A DNA stretch of 63,768 nucleotides, filler included, from Saprolegnia diclina VS20 (GCF_000281045.1; 3 parts of 2 records of this genome joined end to end with filler, not necessarily neighbours in it); one strand, 5' to 3'. Positions 23,509-35,490 are shown, counted from the first letter of the whole stretch. The notes: generated by a model from the letters alone, not told the origin. A program made the numbers and translations.

Positions 23509-25958
23509 GCTTGTTTCAAGAGGTTAATTCCAAAATGCGGCTCTTCTTGCTGGAACGATAACGACGGTGGCGATTATGCACCCCCATCAAGCGCGTAGGA
23601 AACGGCGGGTCCTTTTTCGAGCAATCGCTGCGCGCCAAAACGAGCCGCATGCTGCGATTGGCTAAAATTGGACACGCACGCGTTCAAAGCTCGGAGAGTG
23701 ACCCGCGTGTCCCACGCCGGTTTGTAGTTGTACTTGGGGTTAGTATACTGGCGTTTACCTTGGGCTTTGTATTGGCTTCTGCCACGTTGTATCGGTATAC
23801 AAGGGCCAAGATACTCGGCTGTAATGCGGCCACTTCAAGCTGGATAAATCAACTAGGATTATGTATACGCTCACGTCGAAAGGTATACACTGGGCGAGAC
23901 AAGGTTCCGACGTGGCGCTGCCTGTGTGGTGGACTCCACGCGCCCAAACTCCTTGGACAGGATTGCACGATACCATTCAGCGCATGAGCGAGGACAACTG
24001 TTCTTGCCTCGGACTCATGCTCGAGTGATTAGGTTTGTCGCTTGATTATTGTATACAAGTTCTGCGATTGGGCCGGTTCTTCTCGCCTCAGGACACCGAG
24101 CTCCGAGCGTATTCTTAAAGCAGTGTAAACTTACTAGCGATCATACGAGTGCGATGAAAGAAGGTGAGAGCTGGAAGAAGAAGCGTGGCATCGGATTCTC
24201 AAGGGTCTCGGACGAGTTCGAATCGACGACCGACGCAAGAAAAGTCCGTTGGTGCTGGAGCCGAGCATGCACTCTGTGTTGGACTCTACTCTCGTGTGAG
24301 TGATGGTTCCGAATCTGGCGCTGTCGTGGTGCCACGTCAGATGCATGTAGAATCATCCTTCCAAATGCCGTGTCCATCAAGTTTTGGCTGCACTGGTGTA
24401 ATTCCTTGCGACTGTCGTTACGAATTCAAATATATCACCACATTCCGTGAAGACAAGAGTGAGTGAAAACCGAGTTCCAGGCCAAACAGTTTTGTGGAAG
24501 CACAATAAAAACGAGACTGTCGGTGTGTCTGGCCAACCTCTAAGGGGCAACAAACCTCTCGCGTGACATGCAGGCCGAGCTTGCTTCTGCACATCGCGTT
24601 GAAGCAGCGACTGAGAAAACGATGCGCACTTGCCTAGTAAACAAAGTGCTTACTACTTGCAACGTGGAGCTGCGGAAAAAGGCTCGTCGCTCCTTCCTAA
24701 GAAGTCGGCGCTTCCGAGCGCATACCCTGTACTACAGTCCTGATCGTGTCCATGGTGTCGGTGACTGGTCTGTCATGAGCCTATCAAAATGCTCTGCGTG
24801 GTCAAGTCACAGCAACGGTGCTGTGATCACCTCGAAACCACCCCCGAGACAGTGTATAGTGAACTGCAGTGCTTCTTGCAGTAAGCTCACGTACAGACTC
24901 GGACCGCTTCGATCGTGTTCGCTTGCAGCGTGCACCAACTCAACGCGTTGAGCCAGTTGGTCCACACGCACCCACATAAGATCCAGGCTCAGAACCATTG
25001 ACCATCACTCCGCATCCAAAATGATGTTCCCAATTGCATTCTCAACGAGCAAGCCAAATGGAGCCATGACACTGAGCATCCCATGCGTATTTCAACGCTC
25101 GGAAAACTGGATTTTAGTTTAGGACGAAGGAGATCCGAGTGGTTTCGAGCGATACGATCGCAGTGGCACTAGTCATATACTAAGCAGTAGTACAAGTCGT
25201 AGTCAACAACGCAAGATTCTTGAAGCTGCGGACGCGACAACAAGGTCCACGCACTACGATGAGGCGATGCGGTTAGTTTCTTTTGTCCGCAAACACACGA
25301 GAGAGCAGCCGCATGCTTGAACATGGCGACCAGTCTCATCACGTGTTTACCAATGGCAAAGTGTTGTCATCACTGCGGCATCGGGCGATTTCGGGTGGCG
25401 ACGGCCCCGCTTCGTGTCCTTGCGCGCACGATGTTGTTGATGCGCAATTATATGCACGTCGTCGTCGTACTGCAAGAGACACTCGGCGCTTGATCTATTT
25501 CGAAGGTGGGATTGCTACTTCCTTGCGCTTGCAATCATGGATGAAAATGCCATGGGCTTGCACGCCCCGCCGAGCACGCGCTGTGGGGATGCCCTCGATG
25601 CGCACGACGCTGTCGTCCAGCTCGCGTGACATAACGTGGGATGGCGAGGTCGTTTGTAGCTTGACGCGTCCCCAGTATACCATACTCGTCCTTAGAGAGG
25701 GGCCTGTCAGTTCTTATTGTACTTGGGTTTTGTAAGCAAAGCCGCAGGCCTGGATTTCGATACCAAACACGTACAGACCATCTGGCGCACTTGCTACCAA
25801 ACACTGCATGGGTGACGACCAATCATGTGGGCGTATGCGTTTCAAGCGACGCTGATTGGCCGAGACCGATCTTGCAGTTTACAACGGCGTGCTATTGATA
25901 ATCAGCGAGGGGGTCGGCTGCCGCGGGTCATTCTTGAATTTCCACCGAGCTACTAAGT

Positions 25959-26687
25959 ATGAAGGGGACGTGCAACGCGGCCATCTTCCTCAAGAAGACG
26001 TACGATATGATCGACACGGCGGCGCACGGCGTCGCGGGCTGGTGCGTCGACGGCAAGAGCTTTGTCATTACGGACCCCAAGGCATTTGCGTCCGTCGTGC
26101 TGCCCAAGTACTTCAAGCACAACAACTTTTCGAGCTTTGTGCGCCAGCTCAACTTTTACGGCTTCCGCAAGTCCAAGAAAGAGGTGCTCCTTGTCGCGAT
26201 GGAGACGGACGATGCCAAGAACTCGTGGGAGTTTTACCACGAGCTCTTCATTCGCGGCAAGCCGCACTTGATGGCCAAGATCAAGCGCAAAACCAACTAC
26301 AGCGACTGCGACCCGCTGCCCGACCGCGACGAAGTCGATGACCTCCGCCAACAGGTCGTCGAGCTCCAGACGCAGGTCGCGGCGCTCACGGGCAACATCT
26401 CGCACCTCACGAGCATGGTCGAAGCGATCTACAAGGACAACCGGGGCGCCAAGCGGTCCTTTGACGAAACGACGACCATGCACCATGCGCGCGTCGAACC
26501 AATCCCGCTCAAGCAGCAGAAGCGCGTGACCAAGCAGGACCTCCTCCTCGAGTTCGAGTACCTCGAGATGCTTCCGACCCAGTATGTGGCCGAGCCAAGC
26601 TACCACAACAACAAGGTCAGCGACTACCGTGTCTCGCCACAGTCGACCGACGACATGCTCTACGAATGCTTGCTCATGAAGCCGTGA
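25959..26687 (+). CDS. HSF-type transcription factor, array copy 11
   Basis: AIFLKKTY...[33 protein letters not shown]...[21 protein letters not shown]. Inr/FPR TCATTCTTGAATTT at 25928-25941. Confidence 0.94.
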   Translation: MKGTCNAAIFLKKTYDMIDTAAHGVAGWCVDGKSFVITDPKAFASVVLPKYFKHNNFSSFVRQLNFYGFRKSKKEVLLVAMETDDAKNSWEFYHELFIRGKPHLMAKIKRKTNYSDCDPLPDRDEVDDLRQQVVELQTQVAALTGNISHLTSMVEAIYKDNRGAKRSFDETTTMHHARVEPIPLKQQKRVTKQDLLLEFEYLEMLPTQYVAEPSYHNNKVSDYRVSPQSTDDMLYECLLMKP

Positions 26688-27495
26688 CCCTTGCACCCGC
26701 GTTAGTTTGTCCTAGTTTCTCTAAGTTAAAAATCGTATATGCTCCTGCTCAACAGCGATCGAATTTTCGGCGGCGTACATTCCAGGAGGCTGTCACTGCG
26801 TCCTTCCGTACTAGTAGTCCGTGGGGCGTGCGAGTTGGTCTGGCAAAGCTCCGGGCGGTTGATCGAAGAGCCAGCGCTTGAAGTACGAGCGCTGCCGAGG
26901 AGGATCTGCCTGTTGCGTACACGTCGCCAGCTCACGTCGCCCGGATCGCTCATACAGTAAGCTGGTCCGACCTCGTTTCAGTAGTAATCAAGGTCGCGCC
27001 CCCAGCGATTCGTCATCGGTACACGCGCGTCGTGCCACTCTCCACCCCCGTCTTTCTCTACCACCTTGGCTTGCAACCTTGGGTCACTCCAAGGTTGGCC
27101 TTCTCTGTATGCGCAACGTGTGATGGGGCAAAGCTCAGACCATACGAGATCAGTGGCTTCTTCATTCTCGACCGCAAAAGCTGCGGTGCCCAGCGTGCCT
27201 GCCTCTACCCTCTGGACATCAGTACTGAGTACTGTAACATCAAGGCCATGTGCGTGGCGGACGTCGGGGTCTGGACTTATGGCGGAGGCACCGAGTACCC
27301 GAAGGAGCAGCGATCACCTTGACGATGACGACGCCGGCGTCATCATACACTATTTCATGCTCTGTTCCCGGAGAAAAGCCGGCCGGAAGAGGTGCCCGGT
27401 TCGATGAACCGGGCTTTGGACCGGTTAAGAAGCCGTTCGGTTATCCGGACGCCGTTTAAAATTTGAAATCTGTCGGCCAAAGCTTGACGAGCGCG

Positions 27496-29609
27496 ATGTC
27501 CGACCGCTTCTCCCTGAAGTTGACCAGCGCCAAGCATGGCGCAGCGACCGGCGCGTCGTCGGCAGCGTCCGAATCATCAAGGACTTCGCGCCGTGAGAAG
27601 CTGGCAGAGTACCTGCAGAGCCGCCGTGTAGAGATGGCGACGACCAGCCGCGCCTCTGCCACCACCAAGCCCGCGGCCTCGGGCGCCGCACGGGGCATGT
27701 CCCAGGCAGCCATCGACCGCCTTAGCAAGCCTAAAGTCAACTCGTATGCCAGCTCGTACCGCCCGACGGCGGGACTTGCAAAGCCCGAAATCAGTGGACG
27801 AACGGCGTCGCAGGTGCCGTTGAAGTCGGACGCTGGACCGTCCAAGTCCTCTCGGACGACTTTCGACGTACGATTGCTAGCACGGCGGGATCGATGCTAA
27901 TCACATTGCTGCACGTAGAAACCTCCGCCACCACCGGTGGCCGCCGTCGTTGATGCCAAGCCTGTGGCAGCTGAGCCGCGCATTGGTGTGGCAGCAGCAG
28001 CAGCGACTACCGAATCTTCGTCCAGCGCGCTGCGGTATCAACCTCGACCTGTAGCGTCTACAGCTGACGACACGCTTCAACACGTCAAGACGCGACTCAT
28101 GTTTGACGACTCGGACGACGACGATGACGACGATGTCGACCTTGCACCATCCATTGCTCCGTTCGCTGCGCCATCCAAAGCCCAGCCCATTGTGCCGGCG
28201 ACGCCCAAGCCGGTGCGGTCACTCGTACACGGAAGAAGCGCCAAGACAGAACGCTTCAGCGCCTTCAAGCAGCCGCGGTCCCTTGAGAAGGCGGTCGCGG
28301 CCTCTCCATTTGGAAACGCGCCATGCTACCGACGCCAAGAAAACGTATCGCTCGACCTCGACCTCGAATGCAAGCCAGCACCATCGCCTTTGGACGCGGC
28401 CACGACGCCGGAGGCGACCAAGTCGACCTTTGCGCTCCCGTCGAGCTCGAGTGCCCTGCGGCATCAGAAGCAAGCAGACGCACCCATGCCACATCGAGAC
28501 GTCCTCTCGTCGCACTTCAAGGTCAAGAAGAGCGCGTTTCCCGAGTCTGCAACGCCCAAGACGGCGCCATCAAGCGTCACCAAGTCCCTTCTCTTCACCA
28601 AGACGGACGAGGCCGTTCCGTCAACCTCCTCCAAGGCCCTTCTCTTCACCAAGCCAAACGAGGCGGTCCCGTCGACGCCCTTGACCGAGACCGTGTACCG
28701 GTCCGTCGAGGTCCCGGCCTCGCATTTCAAGGCCAAGAAGCCGGCCGATCCGACGCCCAAGGAGCCAGTGCAAACGCTCTTGTCGACGCACTTCAAGCCC
28801 GCCGAGGTGGTACCGCCGGCCGCGCCGTCGCCGAAGAAGGACGTCGAGTTTACGGCCGCGCTCCAGACGCAGCTTCGCGCGCGTCTCGACGAAGCGCTGT
28901 ACATCTCCAAGGTACGTTCGCCTGGCGACGTCGTACGTGCCTTCATGCATCTTCCTCTAGTTTACCCTTGGCGGCGCACGCGCGGTCTTTGATGACATTG
29001 CGCGCAACTGCCCGAGCGTCGTGCTCACGAAAGCTGTCTACTGGCTGGCGCGAGCCAGCGTCGAGGAGGTAGCACCATGAGCGCCAACTGGTCGCAAGCC
29101 ACTTGTGTCGCGTAGGAGCACAAGGATCTCATGCGCGCCGACCAAATGTTTGCCGACGGCCTCGACACGGTGCTCGAGCCGCTCGAGAAGGCGATTCTCG
29201 AGGCCGCGCGGGCCGAGTTGCACGGACGCACGCAGTAGGCTGCTGCTTCCTTCTGCACTTGAGCTCACTACTTGGTAGACTGAGCCAGCCAGCCGTCAAG
29301 AACATCGTGGTCGAAGACAAGACGGTGCCGCTGACGCCGGAGAAGAAGGCCGAGTTCCTCGAAGACCTCTTTGCCCAAGGCCAGCTCGAAGAGAGCTTTT
29401 GCTTTGACTCGACCGAAACGCCGCCGACGCAGACCAAGCCGACGCAGCCGCCACCGCACAAGTACAACTCGACGACCAAGCAGCGCCCGCCCACGTCCTC
29501 GAACGAGTCGTCGCCGACGTACATCCATTTCAAGCCGCCGTCGGCGGTCAAGAAGATCGACTTTGGCACGCCGCCGCACAGCGTCGGGCTGTTCGGGACG
29601 CCGCCGTAG
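27496..29609 (+). CDS. Five-exon S/T/P/K-rich protein, CKAP2-like (putative microtubule-associated)
   Basis: Introns 27868-27918, 28912-28960, 29069-29115 and 29235-29278 join the ORF pieces. N-terminal RREKLAEYL, and spliced segment AVYWLARASVEE..DQMFADGL...EPLE resembles the CKAP2 C-terminal helical domain. The gene model is more certain than the family call. Confidence 0.65.
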
Positions 29610-29682
29610 CGCTCGACTCGACTTCTCGCCATAGGAATCCGTAGCTTTATGTAACATTCAACCCACTCGCCCGTCTCTGCAG

Positions 29683-30407
29683 CTAGGACCGCGCGTCCTT
29701 CTTGACCTTCTTCTTCTTCGCCTTCTTCTTGGCGCGCTTGGCCTGTTTGGCAGCCTTCTTCGCCGCTCTTTTGGCTTTGGCTTCGTCGCTCTCGGACGAC
29801 GAGCTCTCGTCGTAATTTGGCGCGTTCTCGAGCGTGCAACTGCGGCCGTCCAGCTGGGCGAGGAGCTCGGCGGTCCGCGCGGCCTTGCGCTCGGCCCAGT
29901 ACGATCGCTCGTCCTCCGCCCGCGTCGGCGACGGACTGCGACTTGCGCTGCGTCGTTGATGGCGGCGATCAAGGCTGGAGCTGCGCCTCCGGTGGCGTCG
30001 CTCTCGGGACCGAGATCGGTCGCGCGAGCGAGACCGCCGCCGGTGGACTTTAGCTTCGAGGTCGCGCTTCCGCCAGCATTGGTCGATCTCTTGGCGCTTG
30101 TTGTGCGAGTCGACGCTACAGGACCGCCATGAGAAGGGCTTTCAACGCGCCTTACCCTCGGATCGTGTTGAGGAGGAAGCCTTTGTTGACGTTCGTCGCT
30201 GGCGCCACGGGCAGCTAGGCGCACCATGGTCTGCTTATCGTCGAAGGGAAGACTGGAACGTACCATGTAGCTCATGACGCCGAGCTCCTTTGCCCGCTCC
30301 TTCTTGCGCGCAGCCTCGCGCCGGATCTGCGCCGCCACTTCCTCGTCCGTCACGCTTATCCGCGGTCCTTGGGCCAGCTCCATGGCCCGAGCGACGCGGG
30401 CCTCCAT
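29683..30407 (-). CDS. Basic RS-repeat nuclear protein resembling human POLR1D isoform 2
   Basis: Introns 30215-30263 and 30116-30155 give EAARKKERAKELGVMSYM...NVNKGFLLNTIRGVDSHN, then RSRSRDRSRSRE and a poly-K tail ending TAG at 29683. Confidence 0.7.
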
Positions 30408-30712
30408 GTCAAAATCGAGAATGGATTTTTAACCAATCAAAAGCAGCGATATACAGGATTTACGTCGGATTTTGACCAATGGCTTGGGTACACTTGGGTG
30501 CACGAGGCCCGCGAGATGGAAACAACGGCTAACGTTAGGGACGGCTCCCAGGGACGGTCCATCCACCACAGCTTCCGACAGACAGCCATACGGACTTGGG
30601 AACATGGTTCACGATGTAAGAGATGGAAAAGAGATTTCTTGATTGAGTTCACTTTTGTCTACTACCGCGGACAGGCGCCCGCGCATGTGCAAATAAGAAA
30701 TGGCCTCAGCGC

Positions 30713-31357
30713 TTAGATATCGTCGTCCTCATCGGGCAGCGGCGCGTTGATGGCGGCAAGGCGGTCGGCCTCAAGGCTGGAGATGTGGTTCTGGTCCATG
30801 ACAACCTCCGGCGGGGCAAGGGCGGCGGCCTCAACGAACGTCAAGTTGTTGTCGCCGACGAGCTTGCGCGCGAGCCAGAGGAAGGGCTTCTCGAACTGGT
30901 AGTTGGACTTGGCCGAGATGTCAAAGTACTGGAGGTTCTTCTTGCGGTGGAACGTGATCTGCTTGGCCTTGACCTTGCGGTCCTTGACCTCGACCTTGTT
31001 GCCGCAGAGCACAATCGGGATGTTCTCGCAGACGCGGAAGAGATCGCGGTGCCAGTTGGGCACGTTCTTGTACGAGATGCGCGACGTCACGTCGAACATG
31101 ATGATGGCGCACTGGCCCTGGATGTAGTAGCCGTCGCGGAGGCCGCCAAACTTCTCCTGGCCGGCCGTGTCCCAGCAGTTGAACTTGATCGGGCCGAAGT
31201 TGGTCTCGAACTTGAGCGGGTGGACCTCGACGCCGAGCGTCGCCACGTACTTCTTCTCGAACTCGCCCGTCAAGTGGCGCTTGACGAAGGTCGTCTTGCC
31301 GACGCCGCCGTCGCCGACAAGGATGAGCTTGAATTCGGGCATCTGCTGCTGCGCCAT
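30713..31357 (-). CDS. RAN: GTP-binding nuclear protein Ran
   Basis: [46 protein letters not shown] and the acidic DEDDDI tail. Intronless. Confidence 0.98.
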   Translation of the reverse strand: MAQQQMPEFKLILVGDGGVGKTTFVKRHLTGEFEKKYVATLGVEVHPLKFETNFGPIKFNCWDTAGQEKFGGLRDGYYIQGQCAIIMFDVTSRISYKNVPNWHRDLFRVCENIPIVLCGNKVEVKDRKVKAKQITFHRKKNLQYFDISAKSNYQFEKPFLWLARKLVGDNNLTFVEAAALAPPEVVMDQNHISSLEADRLAAINAPLPDEDDDI

Positions 31358-31380
31358 CGTTGTCTTACTGGGACCGAGGG

Positions 31381-31396
31381 GAAATTCGAAATGAGC
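31381..31396 (-). promoter_or_regulatory. Oomycete Inr+FPR core promoter element of Ran
   Basis: Minus strand reads GCTCATTTCGAATTTC about 24 nt upstream of the ATG; several CCAAT boxes lie at 31527-31630. Confidence 0.7.
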
Positions 31397-31995
31397 AAAA
31401 GAAAAAAGGGTGTAACGTCATTGCCGCCAGCATACAAACTTCAAGAGAGTACCCCGCAGCCGCGAAGGGATCCGATAACAACAGATTCATTTGCCTGGCC
31501 ACCAGTCCCAGATTCCGCCGCCTCCGCCAATCACAGCGCTTCGTGACACGTATCGTCCAATCGCGTGCCACAGAAAGCGCCGCACCAAGTGAATTTCAAC
31601 CAATGAGAAGGCGTGCGCGGGAGAGCCAATCGGAGCACATGGAGCGAAAAGGCTGCCCACGGCAGAGGCCGGCCGCTCTCCGTGGCCAGCGGCCCACGAC
31701 CCGACTTGACCCACGTTGGTTCACATCACTTTACTCGTCAATACTAGGCAGTAGTTAATCAGTAGACCAGCGAAGTACGTGGCCAACGACTCCAGGAACG
31801 AATGTGGGGACAGGACGCTTCTGCTTTTGACAATGATGGTGCTTTGCACGTCGAAGAACTAAGAACCCAACGCAAGGTCGACACGGTATGGTGCTTAATA
31901 CCTAGACGACGGTGTTGAGCGCAGTGGCTACGGGTCATAAGGAATGCGGTTTGGGCCGATTGACACGGGCATAGATCACTGGGCATAGATATGTG

Positions 31996-32095
31996 NNNNN
32001 NNNNNNNNNNNNNNNNNNNNNNNNNNNNNNNNNNNNNNNTTAATTAATTAANNNNNNNNNNNNNNNNNNNNNNNNNNNNNNNNNNNNNNNNNNNN
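31996..32095. other. Assembly gap with artificial linker
   Basis: N44-TTAATTAATTAA (32040-32051)-N44. The linker has stops in all six frames; the same construct recurs at 56488-56587. Confidence 0.95.
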
Positions 32096-32263
32096 AACTA
32101 CAATGGCATTTGATTGGACAAAAATACAATCCTGGACTCGGATTGGCCAAAAAGAACCAAACGGCCGCAGTCATTTTGACCAGCAACAACGGGGCTTGAC
32201 ACCGGTATCGTATATTGAGCATTCGTTAGTTCTTGTACAACGCTCCTATCTCTATTGCATCGC

Positions 32264-33319
32264 CTACTCGGGCAGAATCATCTCGTCTGTGAGAGGCGAC
32301 GGCAAGTATGTGTCAAACTTGGCCGCGAGCTGCTGCTTTTTGGTGAGGATTTCACCACGCGAGCTCGTAATGTCATTCCGGACGTCGGCCACGTTGATCA
32401 CGTCCATAAAGTGCGCCAGCAGCGGCGCCTTCACCGCGCTGCGCTCGTCGTCACCGTGGTACCGGCAGTCCATGCGCAAAAAATCGTGAATCGCAAACGC
32501 ATAATGATGCACGACAGCGAACACGAGCATCTCGACGCAAATGACAAAGTCGCTCAGCGCCGACGCGATCGCACTCGCGGTCCAGCAGTCGGGGCAGCCA
32601 ATGTTCCAGTCGGCGCTAATGACGCCGACTATCTCAAGGAGCGTGATGAGCATGCTCTGCCAGTACGTGAAGAAGATGATCATCTTGATGGCCAAGAATT
32701 TCGGCAGCGGCTTCATTGGAATGAGCTCGTCGACTGTGCCAAGGTAAAAGAGCGTGAGGCAGTAGAGCGCCCACGACTGCGAGAGCGTGAGTACAAAGCA
32801 GAGGTACCCGTACGCACGGAGCGGGTTGAGCATCTCGCCTTCGCCGTAGACGCCAAGGAGCGACGAGACGAGCGTAATGAACGACGCAGCGAGCTTCACT
32901 GGAATGTACTGCAAAATGCCGATCGCGGTCAGGCGCACAAACTTGTTGCCCATGGGCCATGGCTTGATGCAGTACTGGACGCCGGCCAAGTGCCGCACTT
33001 GCTTCTTGCTCCGGAGCGTGTTGGCCAAGACCGATTGGCCGCCAAGGTACACGACGAGAAAGTAGTAGAACGAGTGCAGTGCAAAGGCCTCGTAGCAGTC
33101 GCGGATCGTCTCGAAAATGAGCTTGTGCTGGTTGAAGACGAGCGCGAGGTACGAAGTGACGGCGTAGATCGGGACCATGAGCAAGATGCGGAGGATGTAC
33201 TTGCGCACGCCCACGACCGGGTTGCACGTCAAGTGCGTCCAGATCTCCCAGCCCGAGAGCAGCACCGAGAGAAGCGTGAAGATGGCCGAGATCGCGTACC
33301 CGAGCGTCTCGACGCGCAT
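32264..33319 (-). CDS. TMEM184/OST-alpha family multi-pass membrane protein
   Basis: YILRILLMVPIYA, IRDCYEAFAL..F, GILQY, KPLPKFLAIKMIIFFTYWQ, DFVICVEML.FA..HHYAF. Likely ATG 33319. Confidence 0.92.
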   Translation of the reverse strand: MRVETLGYAISAIFTLLSVLLSGWEIWTHLTCNPVVGVRKYILRILLMVPIYAVTSYLALVFNQHKLIFETIRDCYEAFALHSFYYFLVVYLGGQSVLANTLRSKKQVRHLAGVQYCIKPWPMGNKFVRLTAIGILQYIPVKLAASFITLVSSLLGVYGEGEMLNPLRAYGYLCFVLTLSQSWALYCLTLFYLGTVDELIPMKPLPKFLAIKMIIFFTYWQSMLITLLEIVGVISADWNIGCPDCWTASAIASALSDFVICVEMLVFAVVHHYAFAIHDFLRMDCRYHGDDERSAVKAPLLAHFMDVINVADVRNDITSSRGEILTKKQQLAAKFDTYLPSPLTDEMILPE

Positions 33320-33635
33320 GCCCAGAACCAGAGAAAGATCCGTTGCCGCTTGCAGCCGGCCGCGTGGTGCCACAAGGCCATTGGTCGAGTATCGACCAAT
33401 CCTCATCGAGTTGAATCGGAATTGTGCCCAATGGCATTCGAGAGGCTATATTCGAGATGCCGGACGATCCGCATACGGTCCGGATAAAAAGGCGGATGGT
33501 CCGATTGTCTGGACACGACGACCACTCAAGCAAAGGGTACAATGACACTTCTCTCTCCTAGTCGTTCGGTTAGTCACTGATAACGACGACGATATAGTCG
33601 ATATGCGAGCAAACCAACCACAAGAAAACAGAGCC

Positions 33636-35040
33636 ATGGCAGCTGAGCCGACCGTCGAGCCGCCCGTGAACTCCGCCATTCGGTCAGCCGCAAGCGCAAG
33701 CGCGGCCATTGCGTCCAGCGTGGACGATCAAACGACCCAGTCGCGTCATGCGTTCCCTTCTACCGTCGTCAACGAAGATGACGCCCTCCAAGGAACTGGT
33801 ACTTGTGCAAAGTGCAAAGTGCAAACTCAAGCGAAACATTCTCGGCTAGATCCTCAGGAGGGACAGACGTTTGACGACGCCATCAAGTTTGTCGAGGCGA
33901 TGCGCCGGTATGGCCACGAGCGCGGCTTTAACGTCATGAAGGACGGCAAGGTCTTCAACGCGCGCCACCCGCACCCCGAGGACGTCCGCCGAAACGGGTC
34001 GATCTGGCGCTGCAACCTCTACTGCAACTACAAGATCAAGACGGACGCGTCCGACCCGCGACTGCGGTCCGTGTGTCCGTGGTCGGTCAAGTTTGCGTAC
34101 AGCAAGAAGGCCAAAAGCTACGTCGTGGTCTCGGTCGCCAACGAGCACAACCACGTGACCGCGCCCGTGCAGGAGTTGGTAGCGCTACTCCGCGCCAAGA
34201 AACAGTGGCCCGAGTACGTCGAGCACACGTGGCAGCAGCACGTGGCTGCCACGGTTCGCACGCCACACAGCGTGACGCTGGGTAGCGACGACAAGTGGCA
34301 TGTCTCGATCACGACCGAGCATCGCAGTGCCCTGAGCGTTGTGACGACGACGACGACGACGCACATTGTCACGCTACACGACGCAGCCCACGGCGGCATC
34401 CCGACATGCAACTGCGCCATGTTTCAAGCGCTCTTTATTCCGTGCTCGTGCATTTGCTCGGTACACGACGCCCTCACGACGCCACGACTCATTTTGCGCT
34501 TTCACTAGGTGCTCCAACACACCAAGAAAGTTGTGTTTGCGATCGCCAACCTCCATTCGCGCTGGCACTTGTCGTCGCATGCGCTGTATGATGCCGCGCT
34601 GCAACGCATCGAAGATGACGCTGCCGACGTCGACATGTTCGGCGCGCCGGTGCCCCAGAACCAGGTCCTCGTGCCGTCGCCGGTACCAGGGCTCTTCTTC
34701 AGCAAGGCCGAGTACGACGCCATCGACGTGCCAGAAGACAAGGCACAGCGTCTCTTGCAACTGCGCGCGACTTTTGGCGAGGTCGAAGCTGCCATCTACG
34801 CGGACGAGAACCTCTGCCGCCTCTTCCAGCAAACCATGGCGAGCTTCGCCATGGCGATCCAAGAACAGAGACGTGACGACGACGCAACCGACTCGACGAC
34901 GCCAAGCACGACGACGGCGACTGATCGGTACAATGACAGTACACTGTAGCATGAGGCCAATCTCAAGCAAAGCATGTAGACCGGCATCGCCAAAACCACC
35001 AGCGACCAAGCGCCACAAGACCAGCAGCTTTCGCGTCTAA
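33636..35040 (+). CDS. FAR1-type zinc-binding DNA-binding domain plus SWIM-like finger (MULE-derived, no DDE domain)
   Basis: GQTF...RGF...C...CPW.VK......Y.V...NEHNH, then TCNC..FQ...IPCSC and L..RW. Introns 33799-33849, 34461-34508 and 34928-34979. Confidence 0.75.
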
Positions 35041-35490
35041 GAGCATATATGACGATCCTGGTCCTTCAGGTCTGATATGCTTGTAAGTGATGGAGCGAAA
35101 ACGCAGCGGCGACAGGAACGGTGCCAGTGGCTACGAGCTCGGGACTACGTAAGCTTAGTATGCAGAAATGGCACTGTAGCACATTCGGCTCCGACGACTA
35201 CAATCACGTGTCGCCAAGCCCACGTTATGCCATCCACCTCGCCGAGCAAGGGCATGCGTACGATCAATGCAGTGTAATTTGGACCAAAGACAATGCAGCG
35301 AGGCGTCCGGTGCATCGTGAAAGCACCGACGACCACGAGCACGAGACGGGCTACCTGGCGGCGGCCATCATGAAGCGCCGTGGCGACTCTGGCCTTGGCC
35401 TGTCATTACGATAGTAGCTACATTTCTACAAACGCTTCCTAGAAGACACCCAATTATAGTACCGATGTCGGGCACGGCGACCGCCCGAGC

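Noticed and set aside
27032..27350. Coding-like stretch between HSF copy 11 and the CKAP2-like gene (similar patches at 14640-15050, 22180-22540, 35230-35410 and 48170-48360)
   Set aside because: No clean start, splice and stop model and no recognisable motif. They may be gene relics but cannot be supported without a search.
32040..32051. Palindromic TTAATTAATTAA inside N runs (also 56532-56543)
   Set aside because: Identical construct centred in both gaps; an artificial six-frame-stop scaffolding linker, not biology.
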